Part shown: piece by piece, positions 1 through 9,119 of the stretch
Position numbering within the stretch: position 1 is the stretch's first letter
Layout of the letters: every line of letters starts with the position of its first letter
Origin: Isosphaeraceae bacterium
GTDB lineage: Bacteria; Planctomycetota; Planctomycetia; Isosphaerales; Isosphaeraceae
Assembly: GCA_965201075.1 (NCBI GenBank)
Contig: CBDAVP010000016.1
Span: 62,001 to 126,000, forward strand
Reading direction: 5' to 3'
Length of the DNA: 64,000 nucleotides
Program-made: the position numbers and the translations under genes
Notes under the pieces: model-generated
The model's input: the letters and a program-made list of their open reading frames with translations, nothing else
What the model was told of the DNA's origin: nothing
Databases searched by the model: none

Positions 1-133
1 CCACCTCGGCCGCATCTCCGTGGCCCGTCGCGTACCGTTCCAGGAGCTGGCCATCGGCCATCCCGCTGGTCGTCCCTTCCTCGAAGAGTGCCCGGAGGAA
101 CAGGCCCGAAGCTCGGCCCGGTTGTCGCGTCAC
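1..133 (-). CDS. ECF sigma-70 factor, N-terminal fragment running off the window edge (planctomycete extended-ECF type)
   Basis: Not in the ORF track. Manual minus-strand translation from GTG at 133, with SD GGAGGTGA upstream, gives MTRQPGRASGLFLRALFEEGTTSGMADGQLLERYATGHGDAAEV and is open to position 1. It resembles the N-terminus of the ECF at 22305-26063 ([22 protein letters not shown]). Confidence 0.75.
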   Translation of the reverse strand, partial: MTRQPGRASGLFLRALFEEGTTSGMADGQLLERYATGHGDAAEV

Positions 134-329
134 ATCCTCACCTCCCGCCCGACAAGACCGCTCATGCGAATAGAAAGGTGGGCGGACGGCGAGTTTATCC
201 CGATATCTCCCCTCCCCGTCGGCCCTTTCGTCGTTCCGCCCGTTTGGGCCGGCGCATCGCCGAGGAACCCCGGCTTCCGACCTCGGACCGGCCCGCTTTC
301 TGACTCGCTGTGGAACGCGCACGAAAACG

Positions 330-364
330 CCCGGTCGGTTCCCGAGGATTGGGAGCCGACCGGG
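330..364. terminator. GC-rich stem-loop downstream of the GH2 gene
   Basis: CCCGGTCGGTTCCC (330-343) pairs with GGGAGCCGACCGGG (351-364), with one G-T and a 7-nt loop. It lies 33 nt past the GH2 stop, and GCGTTTT follows on the minus strand. Confidence 0.55.
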
Positions 365-397
365 CTCGTCATCGCGACGCTTCGGGCCGCGGGCCCG

Positions 398-2680
398 TCA
401 CTTCGCCGCGGGCTTGCGCTCCGTCAGGCCGACGTCGATGAACTGGCCGCCAACCGTCTGGTGGCAGTGGACCGCCATGACGTTGCCGGTCGGCTTGAGC
501 GTGGCGAGGGCTTCGGGGGCGATCATCGCCTCCTCGTAGTCGGAGACGTGGCCTTTCAGCTTCGCCGCGACGACCCCGTTGAGGTAGATCTCGGCGTCCT
601 CGTCGTGGTGGACGACCAACGCGAGCTTGTCGTGGTTGGCCTTGCCCAGATCAAAGCCGCGGCGGATCCAGACGTCGGGACCCGACCACTTGGTTCCCAC
701 CGACGAACCCGGGGTTTCCTCGGTCCCGAAACCTCCGGGGGCCTCCTTCCACGACGAGTCATCGAACCCCGGCAGCTCCCAGCCGGCCGCCGGCGCCGAG
801 ATGGTCATCCGCCACTTCGCCGGCTGGTCGCGAGAGGTCGGCACGACCTCGACGTCGGTGGGCAGGTCAACCGTCTCTCCCAGGTTGGCCGCTCGGGTCC
901 TGGAAGGGTCGACCTTGATGACCTCGCGGTCGTAGGTCAACAGGCCGTTGCACTCGGTCTCCACGTCGGTCAACTGCGTGTAGACCACGGCGCTAAGGCC
1001 CGGGTCGTCCTTCAGGGCGTACGACTTCTGGAGCAGTCGCTGGTACTTGACCGTCAGGTCCTCGGCCCCGGCCGTCCCTCGGTATCCCCAGGACTCCTTG
1101 GACCAGGTGTGACCCGGCAACGCCAAGCCCAGCCCGCCGAACTCACCCAGCACCGCGGCCCGCTTGGGTTCGGGGTGGAACGACCCGGGGCCGGGGTACT
1201 TGTGCATGTCGTGGACGTCGCCCACCCCCGCGCGGTCCGTCCAGCCGCTAGCGCAATCGACCAGCCGAGACGGGTCATACGCCTTGGTCCACTCCGTCAC
1301 CTTGGCCGTGTCGAACTGGCCCCACCCTTCGTTGAAGACCACCCACATGACAATGCTGGGGTGATTGCGCAGGCCGTCGATCATCGCCTTCAGTTCGTTG
1401 CGATAAATCTCGGCCGACTCGGGCGAACGCTTCAGGTCGTCATCGTCGGGGCTGATCCCCTTGTCTCCGGCGGGCATGTCCTGCCAGACGATCAGGCCCA
1501 GGCGGTCACACCAGTAGTACCAGCGGTCGGGCTCGACCTTGACGTGCTTGCGAGTCATGTTGAACCCGAGTTGCTTGGTGACCTCAACGTCATATTTCAA
1601 AGCCGCGTCGGTGGGAGCGGTGTACAACCCGTCGGGCCAGTACCCCTGGTCCAGCGGCCCGACCTGAAATAGCGGTTTGCCGTTGAGCAGTAGCCGGGTC
1701 GTTCCCTTTTCGTCCGGACCCACGGCGATCGACCTCATGCCGAAATAGCTGCCAACCTGGTCGGCATCCTCGTTGTCGCCGCCCAGGCGGACTTCCAGCG
1801 AATACAAGGTGGGCGAGTCTGGGCTCCACGGCTTCGCGTCGGGGATCGCCAACTCCAAGGGCTGGCCCTCCACCCCACTCCCCCGGGCGACCGTCGTCTC
1901 GCCGTCCATGACCTTGACGGCAATCGGGAACGGTCGTGACCGAGTATTGAGATCTCCCGACTCGGCCGTGACGCGGACCTTGCCCGCGGCGAGGTCGGGC
2001 TCGACCTTCAATCCCTTGAGGTAATACCTCGGCACCGGCTCCAGCCAGACCGTCTGCCAGATGCCGGTGGTCGGCGTGTAGAAGATGCCCCCCGGCTTGT
2101 TCACCTGCTTGCCCCGGGGCTGGGTGCTTTGGTCGGTCGGGTCATACACCCGGACGATTAATTCCTGGTCGCCCCCACCGGGCTTAAGCGCGTCGGTCAC
2201 GTCGAACGAAAAGCCGTCATAACCCCCGCGATGCGTTCCCAGCGACTTGCCGTTGACGAAAACCTCGGCCTCCCAGTCCACGGCGCCGAAGTGCAGCAGG
2301 GCGCGTTTCTCCTTCCAACCCTCGGGGACGCGGAACGTCCGGCGATACCAGAGGCGTTCGGCGGGTTTCATCACCCCCGAGAGCGCCGACTCGACCGGGA
2401 ACGGCACGAGGATCGTCCCGCCCAGTTCCTTGCCCGTCGGCGCTGACTCCTTGGCATCCTGGCCAATTGCCATCTGCCAGAGGCCGTTGAGGTTCAGCCA
2501 GTCCTTGCGCACCAGTTGGGGGCGTGGGTACTCGGGCAGGACCGAATCGGGCGACACATCCTTCGCCCACTTCGTCATCAACGGCCCCTTCGCCGGAGCC
2601 CAGTCGGCACCCCGGGCCGGGTCGGGATCGGGACTGACCGCCAGCAGGCCAAGCACCACCGTCGCCAGGCTCTTTCGCAT
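398..2680 (-). CDS. Secreted glycoside hydrolase family 2 (beta-galactosidase/glucuronidase-like) with a C-terminal galactose-binding-like domain
   Basis: 760 aa with a signal peptide. Motifs EYPRPQL, LHFGAVDW, HRGGYDGFSFDVT, RKHVKVEP, NHPSIVMWVVFNEGWGQ (acid/base Glu) and LGEFGG (nucleophile). Confidence 0.9.
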   Translation of the reverse strand: MRKSLATVVLGLLAVSPDPDPARGADWAPAKGPLMTKWAKDVSPDSVLPEYPRPQLVRKDWLNLNGLWQMAIGQDAKESAPTGKELGGTILVPFPVESALSGVMKPAERLWYRRTFRVPEGWKEKRALLHFGAVDWEAEVFVNGKSLGTHRGGYDGFSFDVTDALKPGGGDQELIVRVYDPTDQSTQPRGKQVNKPGGIFYTPTTGIWQTVWLEPVPRYYLKGLKVEPDLAAGKVRVTAESGDLNTRSRPFPIAVKVMDGETTVARGSGVEGQPLELAIPDAKPWSPDSPTLYSLEVRLGGDNEDADQVGSYFGMRSIAVGPDEKGTTRLLLNGKPLFQVGPLDQGYWPDGLYTAPTDAALKYDVEVTKQLGFNMTRKHVKVEPDRWYYWCDRLGLIVWQDMPAGDKGISPDDDDLKRSPESAEIYRNELKAMIDGLRNHPSIVMWVVFNEGWGQFDTAKVTEWTKAYDPSRLVDCASGWTDRAGVGDVHDMHKYPGPGSFHPEPKRAAVLGEFGGLGLALPGHTWSKESWGYRGTAGAEDLTVKYQRLLQKSYALKDDPGLSAVVYTQLTDVETECNGLLTYDREVIKVDPSRTRAANLGETVDLPTDVEVVPTSRDQPAKWRMTISAPAAGWELPGFDDSSWKEAPGGFGTEETPGSSVGTKWSGPDVWIRRGFDLGKANHDKLALVVHHDEDAEIYLNGVVAAKLKGHVSDYEEAMIAPEALATLKPTGNVMAVHCHQTVGGQFIDVGLTERKPAAK

Positions 2681-2880
2681 CGTTCTCCCCCTGGGGCCGA
2701 TGCCCCCTAGTCGTTTTCGGACGATCCGCCCCCTCGCAACCTAACGGGACCCGATCCCCGCCGCAAAGACTTATGGTTTTCGGTCACGCCATCCGGCAAT
2801 TTCCGGTCAAGGACCACCATCGACGCGAAGGTTCCTCGGCCGCTCCCCCTAAAGTCAAGGATGGCGCTTGCCGAATGGTT

Positions 2881-2907
2881 AGTATTCGAGTAAACTTAGT
2901 GATGATT
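2881..2907. promoter_or_regulatory. Candidate Rrf2-family operator/promoter upstream of rrf2-sat
   Basis: AT-rich island AGTATTCGAGTAAACTTAGTGATGATT in GC-rich DNA, about 60 nt upstream of the Rrf2 gene. It only loosely resembles IscR/CymR-type sites. Confidence 0.3.
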
Positions 2908-2968
2908 CGCCGGGACGCTCGGTCGTCCGGGCCGATTGACCCGAGTTTTCCGAGGATCGGGTGAGGTG

Positions 2969-3376
2969 ATGAAGGTCTCCGCCAAGGCGGAATATGCTTG
3001 CCTGGCTGTCCTGGCCCTGGCCACCCATCGAGGGGCGGCCCCCTTGCGCATCCGGCAGATCGCCGAGGCGCATGGTATCCCCGAGCGTTACCTGGTGCAA
3101 ATTCTGCTCCAGTTGAAAGGTTCGGGACTGGTGCAGAGCACTCGGGGGGCCGCGGGCGGTTACCGGCTGGCCCGGCCGTCGGCGGAAATCTCGCTGGCCG
3201 AGGTCTTGACGGCCATCGACGGGCCCGGCGACCCTCCCCGAGCGGCTCACGGGCCGGCCGGGCGGGCCTTGGCCTCGGTCTGGCGGCTGATCCGCGAGGC
3301 GGAACTGGCGGTCCTGGATCGCACCTCCATCGCCCAGCTTGCCGAGCGAACTTCTCCCCAGGAGTGGACGATCTGA
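2969..3376 (+). CDS. Rrf2-family transcriptional regulator, CymR-like
   Basis: MKVSAKAEYA...YLVQILLQLK.SGLVQSTRGAAGGYRLARPSAEISLAEV. It lacks the three C-terminal Fe-S Cys of IscR/NsrR and sits directly upstream of a sulfate activation gene. Confidence 0.9.
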   Translation: MKVSAKAEYACLAVLALATHRGAAPLRIRQIAEAHGIPERYLVQILLQLKGSGLVQSTRGAAGGYRLARPSAEISLAEVLTAIDGPGDPPRAAHGPAGRALASVWRLIREAELAVLDRTSIAQLAERTSPQEWTI

Positions 3377-3484
3377 CCCGTTGGTCCCCCCTTGCGACGA
3401 TGGGTCTCCACGCGAGAGGTCCCAAATCGGCCGCCCCCTGTTGGGCCGCCTTCCCTTCGACTGGAACTGGAAAGGAGCCCGAAG

Positions 3485-5239
3485 ATTTCCGCCAAGAGCC
3501 CCCAAGCCCCCGACGCCGCGACCGCCGGCAAGCTGATTTCCCCGTATGGCGGCCGACTGGTCGACCTGATCGTCCCCGAGGCCCGCGCCAACGAGTTAAA
3601 GGCGAAATCCACCGACGTCGCCAGCCTCACCCTGGACGATCGCGCCCTTTGCGACCTGGAGTTGCTGGCCACCGGCGGGTTCTCGCCGCTGACCACCTTC
3701 ATGGGCAAGGCCGACTATGACCGCGTCGTCGCCGAGCAGCGACTGGCCGACGGCACCCTTTGGCCCCTGCCGATCACCCTGTCGGTCACGCCCGGCGAAG
3801 GGGTCGAGATCGGCAAGCCCCTGGCCCTGCGAGACGTTTACGGCAACCTGCTGGCGGTCCTCCACGTCGAGGAAATCTACGCCATCGACAAGGAGGCCGA
3901 GGCCCGAGGCGCCTACGGCACGACCGACGCCAAGCACCCCGCCGTCGCCTACCTCAACCGCCAGCCCGGCCATTACGCCTCGGGCAAGCTCGAAGTGCTG
4001 CGCACCCCGCCGCACTATGACTTCGTCGAGCTACGCAAGACTCCGGCCGAGGTCCGGGCCGAGTTCGAGCGGCTCGGCTGGACGAGGGTCGTCGCCTTCC
4101 AGACCCGCAACCCCCTGCATCGCGCCCACGAGGAATTGACCAAGAGAGCGGCCGAGCAGATCGGCGGCGGCCTCTTGATCCACCCGGTCGTCGGCGTCAC
4201 CAAGCCCGGCGACGTCGACCACTTCACTCGCGTCCGCTGCTACCGAGCCCTGGTTGACGACCACTACGAGGCGGACAAGGTCTCCCTCAGCCTCTTGCCG
4301 CTGGCGATGCGGATGGCTGGCCCTCGCGAGGTCTTGCTGCACGCGATCATCCGCCGCAACCACGGCTGCACCGACTTCATCGTCGGCCGAGACCACGCCG
4401 GCCCCGGCAAGGACAGCACTGGCAAGCCGTTCTACGAACCGTATGCCGCCCAGGAGGCGATGGCCAGGTACAAGGACGAGATCGGCCTGGGCATGGTCGA
4501 CTTCAAGCAGATGGTTTACCTGCCGGATCAGGGGGAATACGCCCCGGTCGACGAGGTCCCCGCCGGCACCACGACGGCCGACATCTCGGGCACTCAGGTT
4601 CGTGACGACTACCTGGCCAAGGGCCTGCCCCTGCCGGAATGGTTCAGCCGCCCGGCGGTTGCCGCGATCCTCAACGAGACCAACCCGCCGAAATTCCGCC
4701 AGGGTCTGACCGTCTGGTTCACGGGCCTCTCGGGCTCGGGCAAGAGCACCGTGGCCCACGCCCTGATCGAGCGCCTCGCCGAGTTCGGCCGCAACGTGTC
4801 CCGGCTCGACGGCGACGAGATTCGCACCCACCTGTCAAAGGGCCTTGGCTTCAGCAAGGAAGACCGAGACGCCAACATCAACCGCGTCGGCTACGTCGCC
4901 GGCCTGGTCGCCGCCCACGGCGGAACGACCCTCTGTTCGGTCATCAGCCCCTATCGCGACACCCGCGACAACGCCCGCAAGGCGTCGAACGGCAACTTCG
5001 TCGAGGTGTACTGCGACACCCCGATCGAGGTTTGCGAGCAACGAGACGTCAAGGGCCTATACGCCAAGGCTCGCGCCGGGATCATCAAGGGATTTACGGG
5101 CGTTGATGACCCGTATGAGGCTCCCTTGAATCCTGAAGTCACCCTGGACACCAGCAAGCAATCGGTCCAGGAGTGCGCCGACGTGATCATCCAGAAACTG
5201 GTCGAGCTGGGCTACATCCAGCCTCACGGCCACTCCTGA
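3485..5239 (+). CDS. sat: Bifunctional sulfate adenylyltransferase / adenylylsulfate kinase (Sat-CysC)
   Basis: ATP sulfurylase motifs VVAFQTRNPLHRAHE and IVGRDHAG; APS kinase motifs WFTGLSGSGKST, LDGDEIR and FTGVDDPYEAP. Start placed at in-frame ATT 3485 behind AAAGGAG; the alternative TTG 3392 has no SD. Confidence 0.95.
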   Translation: MSAKSPQAPDAATAGKLISPYGGRLVDLIVPEARANELKAKSTDVASLTLDDRALCDLELLATGGFSPLTTFMGKADYDRVVAEQRLADGTLWPLPITLSVTPGEGVEIGKPLALRDVYGNLLAVLHVEEIYAIDKEAEARGAYGTTDAKHPAVAYLNRQPGHYASGKLEVLRTPPHYDFVELRKTPAEVRAEFERLGWTRVVAFQTRNPLHRAHEELTKRAAEQIGGGLLIHPVVGVTKPGDVDHFTRVRCYRALVDDHYEADKVSLSLLPLAMRMAGPREVLLHAIIRRNHGCTDFIVGRDHAGPGKDSTGKPFYEPYAAQEAMARYKDEIGLGMVDFKQMVYLPDQGEYAPVDEVPAGTTTADISGTQVRDDYLAKGLPLPEWFSRPAVAAILNETNPPKFRQGLTVWFTGLSGSGKSTVAHALIERLAEFGRNVSRLDGDEIRTHLSKGLGFSKEDRDANINRVGYVAGLVAAHGGTTLCSVISPYRDTRDNARKASNGNFVEVYCDTPIEVCEQRDVKGLYAKARAGIIKGFTGVDDPYEAPLNPEVTLDTSKQSVQECADVIIQKLVELGYIQPHGHS

Positions 5240-5257
5240 TCGCGTCTCCAGCCCATC

Positions 5258-5297
5258 CCCGCCCCCGCCGAGCATTCCGAAGCGAGGCGGGGGCGGG
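5258..5297. terminator. Stem-loop between convergent genes, possible bidirectional terminator
   Basis: Perfect 12-bp inverted repeat CCCGCCCCCGCC / GGCGGGGGCGGG with a 16-nt loop and no U-tract. Confidence 0.5.
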
Positions 5298-5322
5298 TCG
5301 GATGCTGATCCGCCTGGTCCAT

Positions 5323-5826
5323 TCAACGCCCAGAGGAGGGTTCGGAGCGAGCGATCGGCGTCCCGGTGTCCGCACGGTCCAGTGTCGGCGGAACTGGTGA
5401 CGGTTTCGGGGTCTCGATCCTCCGATCCATCCTGGCCTGGAGCGTTGAGACGGCCGCTTTGGTTTCCAACGCTAGGTACAACGTCGTGCCCATCCCACCG
5501 ACGAAGCTCGTCACCAGCAAAATCAGTAGACGATTCCCAAGGGTCACGGTCCCGGAAAGATTCGAGACTCGACTGGAAAGTTCCGAAACCTGGTTGGTCA
5601 GCACGAGGAGGGTGGTTTCGGCTTTGTCCATCCGCTTGTCGAGGTTGCGCAACGCCTCCTCGGTGACGCCGCCCTGCTGGACGATCTTGCTTGCCAACGA
5701 AGCAAGGGCCGCTTCTGCCTTGTCCGTGCGTTTGTCGAGGTTGCGCAAAGCCTCCTCGGTAACGCCGCTCTGCTGAACGAGCAGGTCGAGCTTGGCCGAG
5801 TTCGTGCCCGTGATCGGTTTGCTCAT
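5323..5826 (-). CDS. Hypothetical coiled-coil protein with an internal 32-aa duplication and one TM helix
   Basis: ATG 5826 with SD AAAGGAG, 167 aa. VQQxGVTEEALRNLDKRxDKAE occurs twice; hydrophobic segment LLILLVTSFVGGMGTTLYLAL. Confidence 0.75.
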   Translation of the reverse strand: MSKPITGTNSAKLDLLVQQSGVTEEALRNLDKRTDKAEAALASLASKIVQQGGVTEEALRNLDKRMDKAETTLLVLTNQVSELSSRVSNLSGTVTLGNRLLILLVTSFVGGMGTTLYLALETKAAVSTLQARMDRRIETPKPSPVPPTLDRADTGTPIARSEPSSGR

Positions 5827-5938
5827 GCCGGTCTCGTCTCCTTTGCCACCGCCTATCCTATCAGAGGACCGGAGAAGGCGGAACCTGAGCCCCGCGTCCC
5901 GTCGAATCTCCAGGAATGAACCGAGGATACGAGGAGCG

Positions 5939-7024
5939 ATGGCGAAGAAACGACCGGCTCCCGTCGAAACCTCGACGCCTGCCCTCATCAGGCCGGCCCG
6001 CCTCGGTTTCGCCGTCAAGGTGATGGGCCAGCCCGACCTCAAGAGCAACGACGCCCGCAAGTGGCGCAGCGGTCCCCACCCGCGCGTCTCGATTGGCTAC
6101 CTGCGTGACATCTTCGCCTACCTGGACAAGCGGGACATCCGCATGTATCGGATGTCGTCCGACGTGGCGCCCTACGTCACGCATCCCGACATGCCCCAGT
6201 TCCACGGGCAGATCCGCGAATGCGCCGGGGAACTGGAAGACCTCGGCAAACTCGCCCGAGAGTTGGGTTTGCGGCTTTCGTTTCACCCGTCGCAGTTTGT
6301 GATCCTGAACAGCCCCGACCCCTCTCTGAACGACAGGGGAATCGCCGACCTGCTGGCCCAGGCCGAGATTCTGGACCGGATGGACCTGGGCCCCGAGGCG
6401 GTGCTGGTGATCCACGTCGGCGGGACCTACGGCGACCGGGAATCGGGGCGGCGCCGCTGGGCCGAGACCTATCGACGCCTACCCGAGCCGGCCCGTCGGC
6501 GGTTGGTCCTGGAGAATGACGATCTGCGCTACAGCGCCGCCGACGTGCTGGCGATCCACGAGGAAACCGGGGTCCGCCTGATCTTCGACCACCAGCATTA
6601 CTGGTGCAACAACTTCGAGGGGCTAGACCTGCTCGCCACCTTCCGCCAATTCCTGGAGACCTGGCCCGAGGGCCAGCGTCCCAAGATGCACTTCTCCTCG
6701 CCCCGCACGGAGATGCGCACGGTCGTCCGCAAGGATCCGAAGACCAAAAAGCCGGTGGAGACGATCCAGCCGCCGGTCTGGACCGGTCATGCCGACTTCA
6801 TCCAGCCGTTCGAGTTTCTGTCGTTTTTGAGGATGGCCGAGGGCCTGACCTTTGACGTGATGCTGGAGGCCAAGGTCAAGGATCTGGCCCTGTTACGGCT
6901 GCGTCGCGACCTGGCGAGCTACGCTCCCGACGTGGCCGCCCGCTTCGGACTGACCGTCGCCTCGGCCGAGGCGACCGACCCCGAAGCCGACCTGATCGAC
7001 GTTCCTGCCGACCTTTCCGAGTGA
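5939..7024 (+). CDS. uvsE: UV DNA damage endonuclease (UVDE)
   Basis: Motifs RLGFA, IRMYRMSSD, RLSFHPSQF, VIHVGG, RLVLENDD, FDHQHY, PKMHFSSPR, GHADFI and DVMLEAKVKDLAL. SD GAGGAG before ATG 5939. Confidence 0.92.
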   Translation: MAKKRPAPVETSTPALIRPARLGFAVKVMGQPDLKSNDARKWRSGPHPRVSIGYLRDIFAYLDKRDIRMYRMSSDVAPYVTHPDMPQFHGQIRECAGELEDLGKLARELGLRLSFHPSQFVILNSPDPSLNDRGIADLLAQAEILDRMDLGPEAVLVIHVGGTYGDRESGRRRWAETYRRLPEPARRRLVLENDDLRYSAADVLAIHEETGVRLIFDHQHYWCNNFEGLDLLATFRQFLETWPEGQRPKMHFSSPRTEMRTVVRKDPKTKKPVETIQPPVWTGHADFIQPFEFLSFLRMAEGLTFDVMLEAKVKDLALLRLRRDLASYAPDVAARFGLTVASAEATDPEADLIDVPADLSE

Positions 7025-7032
7025 GTGAGCAA

Positions 7033-7830
7033 CTAGCCCCGGGGCGACATGACCTGGTCGATCACGGCCTGATAGGCGTCGGGGGAGACGCTGAACTCGC
7101 CCCGGAAGGGGTTGTCCATCGCGGCCGTGAGGAAAATCAACAAGGCCAGGAACGCGGCGAACACCCCGATGAGCAGGGCGTGGAGCCCGACGTTGTCGAC
7201 CGAGAACAGGTAGTTCAGGCCGATGTTCAGGACCGCGCCGGAGAGCACCACGAGCCAGAGAGCCATCGGTAGGCCGCTTCCGACCGAGCCCTCGCGGAGC
7301 GTCCGGGCTTCAACCACCTCGTTGAGCCCGTCGAGAACCTCTCGGTGGGCAATTCGCTCGGTCTCACGAGTCGGTTCGATCGCCATGATCCGATTCTCCA
7401 GCGCGTCGAGCCGCGCTTCCCCCCTGGGGTTGGACTGACCCTTCCGGTGCAGCGGCCAATCCTCGTCGATGACTGATCGTGTGTAGGTTCGCAGATCGTC
7501 TTCCAGCGACAGGCGCAGGGCCGAGGGATAGCCGTCGAGGTCTCGGTAGAGCCGGGCCAGGTCCGCGGCCTCCTTGGAAACCTGGCCGTCGACGTCGGAG
7601 AAATCTTGCCAGGTGGCCACGGCGATCAGGCCCAGCGCCAGTCCGTAGAAGACGCCGACGCTCGCCAGGAAGTAGCTGACGATGTCGTTGTGCCGGCCCG
7701 AGCCTCCCAGCAGGCGACGGACCAGCGGGCGGGTGGCGAAGAACCCGGCCTCGGCCGCTCCGACGAAGGCCAGCAACATCCCGACGGCGATCTGCCAGTT
7801 GGGCAGGTTGTAGATCCAGTAAACCGTCAT
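7033..7830 (-). CDS. DUF4239 / bestrophin-like four-TM membrane protein
   Basis: 265 aa. VGVFYGLALGLIAVATW, EA..L..LYR, Y...VI..DWP and C-terminal MDNPFRGEFSVSP are typical of this family. Confidence 0.75.
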   Translation of the reverse strand: MTVYWIYNLPNWQIAVGMLLAFVGAAEAGFFATRPLVRRLLGGSGRHNDIVSYFLASVGVFYGLALGLIAVATWQDFSDVDGQVSKEAADLARLYRDLDGYPSALRLSLEDDLRTYTRSVIDEDWPLHRKGQSNPRGEARLDALENRIMAIEPTRETERIAHREVLDGLNEVVEARTLREGSVGSGLPMALWLVVLSGAVLNIGLNYLFSVDNVGLHALLIGVFAAFLALLIFLTAAMDNPFRGEFSVSPDAYQAVIDQVMSPRG

Positions 7831-7925
7831 CCCCGCGTCCCCAACCGACCCCGTTCGCCCGCGGACGTCCCAGAAGCGCGCGGCGAATGATCGTCCGACA
7901 CGGGGCGGCCGGTGTCAACGGAGGG

Positions 7926-7967
7926 AAAAACGACGGGCGAGACGCCGGGGCCCCGACGTCTCGCCCG
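7926..7967 (-). terminator. Rho-independent terminator after the ECF sigma gene
   Basis: Minus-strand hairpin CGGGCGAGACGTCGGG..CCCGGCGTCTCGCCCG followed by TCGTTTTT, about 50 nt past the stop at 8016. Confidence 0.7.
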
Positions 7968-8015
7968 CGACAGGCCCGGGGGCCTGGGATTTTCCGGCGA
8001 TGATTCCGACAAAGC

Positions 8016-8726
8016 TTAGAACGGATTTCCGGCTCGGTGGGCGACTCCGGCGCCGACGAGTTCCCGCGCCTCGTCGTCGTCGTTGTCCTCCGGGTCCGGC
8101 CCATCGGCCCACTCCTCGGCGTCGGCCGTGTCGGACTGGAGCAGCGTTTTGAGCCGCTTCCGGGCCGTGTGCAGCCGCCGCTTGACCGTTCCGATGGGGA
8201 CCTCCAGATCCTCGGCCATCTCCAACAGGGACTGTCCCTGGATGTAGAAGGCCGTCAAGGCCTCGCGGTCGATCGCCTTGAGCCGGCCGAGCCCCTCGTG
8301 GAGGCGTCGGGCCCGCTCCCGGGCGATCAGGACGTCGAGGGGGCCGTCCTGGTGCTCGCCGGCCCCTTCCAGCACTTCGTCAGCCACGCTTGGCGGCGCC
8401 AGGCGACGAGTGGCGCGGTTGATCGCCATTCGCGCGGCGACCTGCCGCAGCCATCCGGCGAACCGCTCGGGTTCTCGCAACTGATCCAGCCGCTTCATGA
8501 CGTGGAGGAACACCTCCTGGGTCAGCTCCAGCGCCTCGCTCGGGTTGCCCAGTCGGGACAGGCAGACGGCGTAAACGGTTCGCTGGAACTGCTCGACAAG
8601 GCTGCCGAAGGCCGCGCGGTCCCCTTCCCGGGCGCGGACGACCCGCTCGGCCAATTCCTCCCACCCTGCCTCCAGGGCCGGGGCTTCCCGATTCCGACAA
8701 GTCGCCAACACGAGCGTCGCCCCCAT
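8016..8726 (-). CDS. ECF RNA polymerase sigma-70 factor, 236 aa with an acidic C-terminal tail
   Basis: Region 2: AREGDRAAFGSLV...ALELTQEVFL...FAGWLRQVAARMAIN. Region 4: SLLEMAEDLEVPIGTVKRRLHTARKRL. SD GGAGG before ATG 8726. Confidence 0.92.
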   Translation of the reverse strand: MGATLVLATCRNREAPALEAGWEELAERVVRAREGDRAAFGSLVEQFQRTVYAVCLSRLGNPSEALELTQEVFLHVMKRLDQLREPERFAGWLRQVAARMAINRATRRLAPPSVADEVLEGAGEHQDGPLDVLIARERARRLHEGLGRLKAIDREALTAFYIQGQSLLEMAEDLEVPIGTVKRRLHTARKRLKTLLQSDTADAEEWADGPDPEDNDDDEARELVGAGVAHRAGNPF

Positions 8727-9119
8727 CCTCGGGGTCCTCCCGCAACACCATCGGCCGCCCGAAAATTCGGGTCGGTCGGCGGGCGGGCCTGTTCGCGGTC
8801 CTCGGATCAAAGCGCCGTGGGCGACCGGCGACGGCCATGTCCCTCGCGTCTCTCCTTTCCGTGCCCAACAAGGCGCGGCGGTCGGTGGACGACGACGGAA
8901 CTCGGCGCGTGGCGGTCTTCCCAGGGACGGCGGTGGTCCGACGTTGACGGCGGGGGCGCGGGCTTGGCGTCGTGGACGGGTCGTAAGTCCGTCCAGGGGC
9001 CAGCCGCCGCGCGAGGCGAGGGCACGAACGATTGGGGGACACTCAGGCCCGATCGGCCCGGTCGGGGCGCACCCTTCCGGCAATGGTCCTGGGTTCTCCC
9101 GTCATCCGCGGTCCTGCGA

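Noticed and set aside
184..193. GGACGGCGAG shared upstream of both extended ECF genes (also 26104-26113)
   Set aside because: A GC-rich 10-mer at different offsets from the putative promoter elements; compatible with chance.
3399..3720. Out-of-frame Met/Cys-containing ORF over the sat 5' end as a sulfur-sensing leader peptide
   Set aside because: No SD, only one Cys, and it is part of a long shadow frame.
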